A stretch of DNA of 64,000 bases from the NCBI RefSeq assembly GCF_000150275.1, contig NW_002060947.1, positions 4,808,267 through 4,872,266 on the forward strand, written 5' to 3'. A program made the translations under genes and the position numbers. The stretch's first letter is position 1, and every line of letters begins with the position of its first letter. Shown piece after piece: positions 55,525-64,000 of this stretch. Below the pieces are notes generated by a model. That model was not told the origin of the DNA. It ran no database searches and was given only the letters and a program-made list of their open reading frames with translations. The stretch is from Trichoplax adhaerens. Taxonomy: Eukaryota; Animalia; Placozoa.

Positions 55525-55538
55525 TTTACCATGGCAAT
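55525..55538. promoter_or_regulatory. Candidate RFX X-box upstream of CFAP298
   Basis: TTTACCATGGCAAT, near-palindromic, 12/14 match to GTTRCCATGGYAAC, ~280 bp upstream of the ATG of a ciliary gene. Confidence 0.35.
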
Positions 55539-55817
55539 GGAACTCTGATTATGCGCACTTCATCTCAAACGAGATTACCGGTCTAAATAGTCTAGTCTAA
55601 TACCAACTTACTGTAGAGTATAAGTTCATTTCACTTTCTCCATAGTGATTCATTCGAGGCAGACTAGTTCCTTTAAAATTAAAGCTGGATTGCCATCGTA
55701 TTAACTTAATTGAGCATCAATCTTATTACCTGTAGCAGAATAACTTTCTTCTATTCAAAAGTATATCCATCAGATCGTTGTTGGTTCAAATAACTAGCCT
55801 AGGATCGAGATAATATC

Positions 55818-57925
55818 ATGGTTAAACTGCATATCAAATTTGGTGATGAAAGCCAATATCTGTTCGAAACAACTTGTTCTATTGCCGTTGGAGAGTTGTT
55901 ACCGCAGCTTGTTGCGATATATAATGGCAGGTTAAAAATTGAACGACTTTCTTCAGGTAAGAAAGAGTCAATTCGTAAATGTTGATGAAATTGATAGTAC
56001 TGAAACATTCATATTCTCTCATGACGCTTATACAATATACAGTATTCTGCTATGTCATACGCATCACTACTTCGCCTAGTCCTGACAAATGACATTAAGC
56101 GTAAGTCGCGGAAAATGACATGCAACCACTTGATTTGACGCCTTTTACTCTGCCAATAACTCACTCAAGAAACCATAAAGATCGACTGTAGTACAAATAT
56201 AGATACTGCAATGATGAATCCATAAAACTGTCTCCCTTAGTATGGTTGTAATTAAGATGGTAGTGTTGTTGCAGCAATTCACGTCTTAGACTCAATATGC
56301 ACAGCAATGTAAGCGTTTATGGAGTAGCAACTTTCAACTTAGAGTAAAGTTGAAACATTAAACTTTACATCCTAATTTAAATAAATTTTATCTTCTGGTG
56401 TGTCATTATTATAAAGATAGTAAGCAACATAATTCGATCCCGTTACTTTCTACTCGACCGAAATTGATACTACGAAATTGTAATCGGGTTATAATTACCA
56501 TAAGTTTTGTCTGATTACTTTACGAGTATTGTCAGACTGTATTTTCCTACTTGGGATGATAACCTAGATAAGAACATTTCCTAGCATAAAATAATTACAT
56601 CAGCAAAATTGGCAGATATCCAAAGCTGGCTACTGTAGATAAAATTTCTGCATTAACAATAGCACGATGAAATGATATGCCATGACTTAGTTTTTAAGTA
56701 TTCATGAAATTCGTATATGTATTCTGTCTCAATATCCTAATCAATCAAATCAGATAATTATAATGTTTGAAATTGCGCTACGATTACGATAATAGAAATT
56801 GAGAACCTTGCCGAATACGGTATTGCATTACCACCAAATATGCAAGGACTAGCTGATGAGCAAATTGAAGATTTGAAATTAGTAGATGAATGGGCTACCA
56901 AATGCTATCCATCTGGTGGGTCAGATTTAAATAAAGACCCTATGAGCAGAAGATCTGGAAATGGTAAGATATCAATAACAGTTCAGTAGATTTGCGTGTA
57001 ACTAGACCTGACGTGTAACTAAAATAACTTTAAGACTCACAATGAAGCTTTCTCACTATTAAGCGTTATGTTTACTTTAGCTCCCAAAGATAATATGAAG
57101 GAAGTACTGAAGAGAACTGTTAGTGAAGTAAAGAATTCCGTTTCTAAGACACAGGTTGCTGCCAATGTTTGTATAACTGAAGATGATATTCAAGAAGGAT
57201 TAAGAAGACTGCAAGGTGCAGTTACTATTGTTTACCCGATGGGTTTACCACCCCATGACCCAATTAAACTTGAGTTTGAAAACAAAGAAGACTTGAGTGG
57301 GCAGCAAGTACGCAAAATATTGCAATTCAATTGCATTGAACGTATCGTACAATATTTTCGTTCTGACTTTTCGTAATTTTTTAGGCTGCTCTTAAGATTT
57401 TGGAGAATGATACTGCTCAGTTATGGTGGGCTGGTAAGGAAATGCAAAAGAATAAAAAATTAGGTGACTACATTGGCAAAAATGAGAAAACTAAAATCAT
57501 TGCCAAGTTACAAAAGGTATGAATTCATGTACGTGAGCCTACAGCTGTTGTACGCGCAGTTCTAAATCGATAATGACGATGTGTTGATATGTAGCGAGGA
57601 TTGGGAGCACCAGCTCGTGAGCCAGTTTTCAGCGAAGAAGAACAGAAGAAAATGATGGCATTCGCTTACAGACGTCAAGAACAGATGAAGGTATTTTTCA
57701 GAAGCAACTACCGGATTTGATTCAGCTATTGTTTGCTATTTCTGATCAAATGGTCAAATCCTAATATGCTAGTGAGAGTTTTGTAAATTATATGTAAATT
57801 TGTATCTTGAATAGAAATTGGATGAGGCAAGCCAGAATGACTACTTGAATTCTCAATGGTCTGATCCTAATGCTTTGAAGAGAAACTTTCACAACTTGAA
57901 TGATGTTAGCTGGAGACCACACTAA
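55818..57925 (+). CDS. CFAP298: Cilia- and flagella-associated protein 298 (C21orf59/Kurly/FBB18 homolog), 6 exons
   Basis: Exons 55818-55956 (MVKLHIKFGDESQYLF...YNGRLKIERL), 56796-56963 (LPPNMQGLADEQIEDLKLVDEW), 57081-57307 (GAVTIVYPMGLPPHDPIKLEFENKEDLSG), 57385-57516 (QLWWAGKE..GKNEKTKII), 57595-57690 (GAPAREP) and 57815-57925 (..WRPH*). Matches recalled human CFAP298 along its length. Confidence 0.95.
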
Positions 57926-59090
57926 ATACATTTACTGTAGGACACGACAGTTTTAGTAGGAATGCTACGTAGCGTAGCTTATGCTAACTGACAAGTAAAA
58001 GTATGATTTTGACTTATTACTAGAATAGTAGGAGATACTTTTTTCTAGACTCCTAATAGGATTAACCTTTTTGATCCTATAAATCTACGTCTAATTGCCA
58101 CTTCATTATATTTGCCTATCAAGTCGATATAATAAGATATTCACAGTCTCCAGGATGATGATGTAATATCTGAAACTATTGTATGTACTTAGAGTAATCT
58201 TTAAAGATTAAGTAGTTACTAAAGATTTAAACTCCTTGTAATGTTCTTTAATTACATGTATATATATTATACAGTATGTATTCAGTGATTACACCGTTCA
58301 AATTTAAATAAATCGATAATTATTTATAAGATTAATAGATTAGATGTGAGTAATTAATAAATAAAACTCTGGGAATATTTTCCTGAAGAGTCTTGCTAGC
58401 GTATATCCAGGATATATTGACCATTATATGCAAATTTAGTCTTGATGATACTCAGTAATCTCCATTGACGTAACAATTTTTACCAGTGATCGCGCAAGAA
58501 AATTGTATTGATGGCTGATCTGTCGGTCATAAATATCATAATGGCCGTATGAAGGTGTGATCTTAAGAATTTTTTGGTAGACATTGGCTAATGTTTAAGT
58601 CATTTTATACATCCAGAAAGCATGCCAAAAATAATGGAATTGTGATGCGAAATGCAAACGCATTGTCTTTGCTAAGATTTGCAAGCAGCATGCTATGCAC
58701 AAGATCTATATATTGCGACGTAGACAGTCAAAGAAATTAATACTGACCCACAACGAAAATACAATTAAGGCTACCGCGAAAGTATCAATCACCTACTGTC
58801 CGATAACTGCAAGGTCAATTTTCGCAATTAAAAATCTTAACAGTACGCCTATTTATATAGTATAAATTAAGTCTACGACATAAATCGATTACTTATGTTT
58901 TGAATACAAAAGATTGTGTATTAAATTTAGAAGCTGCTCATTTTTATCTTATTATTACATATAAATATATATATATCTATATATAAATAATTAGTTTCAA
59001 TCAATCCTTCATTCGGTACTTGCTTCAATGTGTGTTAACGTCAACGCCTGTATCAATGAAATAAATCATGACCTTCGAATTAAAACTAAA

Positions 59091-62000
59091 CTATTTAAAA
59101 ATAACATCCTCCTTTAGAGCTGTCTCCCATGATGATTTTTTGTCGTGGTCCTAAAACAATAATGAGGTGATAAGATGATAAATTCGCAATTGAGAATACT
59201 CTAGTAACTACATACCTTAACAATAATTCCTGCATTCAGAAGATCATTTCTATAGTTATCACAAAGGTCCAATAAGTAAGAACAATCCGGGTTCTTACTG
59301 CTTTCGTAATCAGAGGGCAATTTTAACCTATTTTTCAGTTTATCTAACGCGTAATTTCTTATGTTGCTTCTAAATCCGACGACAGAATCTACTACGGATT
59401 CAGATAAAGGACTATAACGCTAAAGACATAAAATAATGAAGCTGTCATGAATTGAATGAATTTATCATAGCATGGGAATGAACTAATAGAAAACTCCAAC
59501 CGTAAGTATGTGAAAGAATACCTTGTCGTCTTGTCTAGATAGCCCAAAACTAGACAGCAACTTCTCTACATATGTTGAAACCGCGGCAATTACAGATGGA
59601 CTACGAGCGGTATAGGATCTTTTGCTTTTGGTAGTAGTATTGGAATGGACATTAGCGAAAGATAACAAGTTCAACAAATAATTTATAGCGGTCGGAGTAT
59701 CGAAATCATCAGCAAGGGCAATTCGTACTTGCGACTTGGTCATAGCAAGCCTAAAAATTATTAGAATTAATTATGTTTGAGGTCATTAAAGTATTAGCAT
59801 ATAGCGCCTATTTTCATAAATTGCAACTAACATACTTCTCAAGTATTTCAGATTCGCTAGCTATTAAAGAATTAATACTGCCATCTACGTAAGCCTTTGC
59901 GTCGTTTATGTAGGATGAAAACTTTTGGTGTACAACTTCTGCTTTTTTGAATATGTCGGAATTATATTCCGTAGCTATAGAATTAATTGTATTGTTATTT
60001 TCACACATGAAGAAATTTATGATGGTTGAAGCGGATATCCGAATTAAAGTAGTACTAGATCATAATCGTTTTCAAGTTAATTTTTCTAATTTATGAACAT
60101 ACGGCTTCGGTACTTTGACAGAAGACATAACGTGCGAAACTGATCAGGCGAATTGAGATTTAAATAATCCTGTAAATGATATTACAATACTATTAATCCA
60201 AGTTAGTAGGAAATTACAGTATCATAGCCGTACAGTATATCTTCACCTTGATAGTAACGAAATTTCGCAGTGATTTCGACATTTTCTCTTTTGCGATATG
60301 CAAATGGCCTATAAATAATAGTATTTCAAAAATTTATAGCAACGAGGTAGAGCAATAAAGTTCTAAATAATTAAAGCTAATATTGACAAATTTACCATAC
60401 AGATACATTTAGTTTAGTTATTGACCTGTATGGAGAAAGTAATTAGTCCACTGATTGATTTGGTGATACGCTTCACATTGAGCAATTTCGTTCTCATGAT
60501 GAGGAAAAAGTAAGTCAATACCTCCGGTATGAATATCCAACTGATTGCCAAAGATCGCACTGTGATCGTCGAATTTTTAAGGATGTTTAAATATAAGTAT
60601 GTAATTTACCTATTACAGCTTAATAATAATGCCAAACTTTACAGATTAAAATTAAAAGCTACGGCAAACCTAGACATAGCGGAACATTCTATGTGCCAGC
60701 CGGGTCTGCCAGATCCCCACGGTGATTGCCAGCATGGCTCGTCAGCTTTAGCTGCCTTCCATAACGCAAAATCGCGATCGCTAATTTTTTCGGAATCTGC
60801 ATAGTGGTATGTATTAATGTATAAAACAAGAATGTATCGAAGTTTCCACTTCGAAAAAGGAATATGACATTTATTGGACTTACCAGTTGCCTTATCTATT
60901 GATTTATGGATTGTTTGTCTGCTGGGCGCAAGCTTGCCGTATCTATCTCCATATTTTTCAGTATAAAAATAAACGCTTCCTAAAATATATATTATAGAAC
61001 ATAATATATTTGAGCCATTCACATTTAAATCTTAAATTTAATGCTTACTGATAAGCAAATACGACTGACGCTAACTAATACATTGAAACGATTCTGTACC
61101 ATCACTTGTCTTGTAGGCATAACCATGCTGAAAAATCTTTTCTATAAATTTTATAATATGATCTATATGCTCCGTAACACGAGTAACCCTTGTCGCCCGA
61201 AGTACCTATGCGATTAATCGATATTACAATTACTAAAGTTAGGTTATATCCTAACAAAAAGTAATTTTCAAATTGATTGCAGAAGCAACAACAACAAGCG
61301 CTGAAGTTTCTTAAGCATTCAGTGGAGTATAATAGTTACCCAAATGAAATTACGGAATTATAATCACAACACAAGATTCGGAAATTTTACAGAATTATCA
61401 TCTTACATTCAAACACTCCATATCTTCCAGAAATTCTTTCTCATATTTTCGAGCTAGATCTCGAAAGCCAGTCTTTGTCTGTAGGATAATAATTTTAGCG
61501 TAATGACAACGTATATTAAACTGTATGAGTTACATAGTGCTGTTATGGATTTAATTTAACTTGTATTGTAATTTTATTTGTACCCATATCAATAGATAAA
61601 GTAAGTTCTTATCGCTTAACGATCGTAAATTACACTTATGCAGGTACAAGGTATAGTAGATTATGCAAGAATAAAATGTATAGCAGACAGAAAGCTGATC
61701 AGTTGCTGAAGACGAGACGGCTTGACCACTGTATTTTCTATACTATTTATACTTAGTGTTTAAGATCATGACTGATAGCCTACCCAACTGTATCTCCAAG
61801 TAATAAAGTACTGTACTGCTGTGCTATGATGTAATGTAAGCGTACAAAATATAACGTAGTAGCAGTCAGGCTATTAGACGATGATGATTAATGAGCATAA
61901 TTTTTGACCTATAATTATATATAATGAAAAGTGATATTTATAGTAGATTTACAAAGTTAATAGTCACCGCCACGAATCCTATATGCATTACTAAGGTGTT

Positions 62001-62766
62001 ATCCTTGCACGTAGTACATGACTAACAACGTCGAGAATATCATTCATTGCTATCTTCTTACATCAGCAGCTCTCTGCACAATTTTATCGTCTATATCGGT
62101 TATCCCCATTACCATAACGATGTCAATATCGAAAAGGTCAGTCATGATTCGGCGAATAATATCAAATTTAACATAGGAGCTAGAATAAATTCAAGAACAT
62201 TGTACAAACTGTTATAACTATGATACTTTGTAGAAAGCATATGCAACGCAATGTGCATCTGACTGATGGTAACGACATTTGGCAGCTGATATCGTAAGAG
62301 CTATGCAAGCATCGCATATTCAGTGTTGTAATGATCACGTACCTCGCATGACCTAAATGAGGAGAATCGTAAACAGTCGGGCCACACATATACCTAAACA
62401 AAATGGATTGAAGACAGTATAGATTCAGTTGCATACAATGTAGCAAGGATCTCGAAGTGCTTCCATCATTCGTGCTATAGTAGTCTACAGTAAACAAATC
62501 AATACAGGACAAAATGAAATACAACATGCTCAATCACTGTTAGCTATTTATTGACAGTTGAAATAGCTTATCTAACTCGATACAAACCATGTAGCCAATT
62601 TATCTTGGGGTAATATTAATGAAACTTTGCTATTGGTTAAACTATTATAAACTTTAATTCCAGTATCATAGCCAGTCGGTTGAATCCATTGATTTATTCT
62701 TCGACAATGGTGTTGAATGTAGAATTGAATTCTGCTTCTACCACGGTTAGTGATAGTTTGCAGCAT
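59091..62766 (-). CDS. CARS2: Cysteinyl-tRNA synthetase, mitochondrial type (class I aaRS), multi-exon
   Basis: Arg-rich transit-like N-terminus [15 protein letters not shown]; [18 protein letters not shown] (HIGH-type motif, ~62393-62343); [25 protein letters not shown]; FPHHENE; [17 protein letters not shown] (KMSKS, ~60250-60310); LADDFDTP; last exon 59150-59091. The start codon is inferred. Confidence 0.88.
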
Positions 62767-64000
62767 GACTTGTGCGTTCACTTCGATTTGATCGCTTACA
62801 AATTGCAATGCTCAATATTCAAGCGTGAAAGCAGTCAAGAATAATATTCTACTAAAGGAGATATGCGTATCTGCGTCTCAGACTGTCAAGAAATGTACCC
62901 TAGTTTCAAGGCGTTCCACTGCAGTATTTACTTGCAAGTGACACACACTATTGCTAATGAATATTTTAGTGGGTAATAGACAAGTTGATGAATGATCGAC
63001 CGGTACGTAACTGATCTGAGAACTATCTATCTATTTTCTTTCCATTTCTCTTCATCTTACGATAACGATTTGGTGCAAAGTGCACATTAAATAGGTTGCG
63101 CAGCTGGATTTGGATTTATACCTTTTGCCAAGGCTTACCTTTCTGTATCCAATATACTAAGTAGTGGTGCGGCTTGCGAGTCTACCCACCCTAGGTAACT
63201 ATACTATATACCGTATTACCAGTAGTGCTCATTGATCAGGTGGTTATTTCGTCGATGGTCTACAGTACAGTAAATTGGAGTACTGTAGATTGTGCAGGTG
63301 CAGACCATACATTACAGTACATAGTACTGTAATTCGAGCTGAGAAAGGTTCAGTTGTACTGTACTGTATTTCCTATCTAGTGATCGAGTCAACCCTGGAC
63401 GGACAGACACCTCCCACCTCATTTCCTCCTAATATTGTGCCAAAGTTGCCAAACACTTCCTTAGGACTCTACTTTAAGTATATAGACGGTCGATTCTGAA
63501 TGGACTGATTTTTTTACATTGAATCTTGTTATCTATTACTAAAGTGGTTGTTGGAAACAGCTCTATAAAATCGTCAATGTTATTTAAATTAGTACCAGTG
63601 ATATTGTAATAGACGTGTCTCACAAAAACTGTCTTAGTCAATGGTATTTTCTAAAAAGACTCTTATTACAAGGATTTAGGAATAATAGTGCAATACTTCA
63701 TTACTACAAAAATCTTGTCTAAAATCGACAGTATTCCGAGCTCAAAACGAAGTGAAATCTCCTCTCTCTTGCGAGCTCATTTCTGCAGTTCTTAAATACA
63801 TTTCGCTAAATCCATTTATGACAACTTGATTAATCTACAACCAGACATGAGTCGTCAAACAAAATGCTTTTTCGGAAATAGAACATCACTATCTTTCACA
63901 ATCTATATCATTCTACTTAAGATATCACTACTCTTCTATTAATGTCCAGCATCTTTCGGTGTTGGGCATCTTCACAATTACAGTGTTTCTAGTCTCATAA

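Noticed and set aside
63000-64000. ORF 63275-63499 and exon-like segments upstream of CARS2
   Set aside because: No recognisable protein; may be UTR or promoter sequence, cannot be supported.

Overview
AT-rich, intron-dense eukaryotic (animal) genomic DNA with three assembly gaps. The short GT-AG introns and the LRR-GPCR content suggest a placozoan such as Trichoplax; this is an inference, not demonstrated. The ORF track mostly shows exon fragments. Manual splicing gives five genes: (1) SNX25-like sorting nexin (+, ~35 exons, 180-11158); (2, 3) two tandem, co-oriented minus-strand paralogs encoding very large LRR-containing GPCRs, LGR-A (34894->12566) and LGR-B (51259->36777, first exon not found); (4) CFAP298/C21orf59 (+, 55818-57925); (5) mitochondrial-type cysteinyl-tRNA synthetase CARS2 (-, 62766->59091). 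Each LGR has an LRRNT cap, ~44-46 LRRs each on its own phase-2 exon, a short RXFP/type-C-like hinge without LDLa, and a single-exon 7TM. The most striking items are the size and exon-modular build of these ectodomains, a 70-codon in-frame open extension behind a TAG-CTA stop in LGR-A (possible readthrough or a recent nonsense change), and a family of TG...CA solo-LTR-like elements, including a nested pair with two intact 5-bp target-site duplications.
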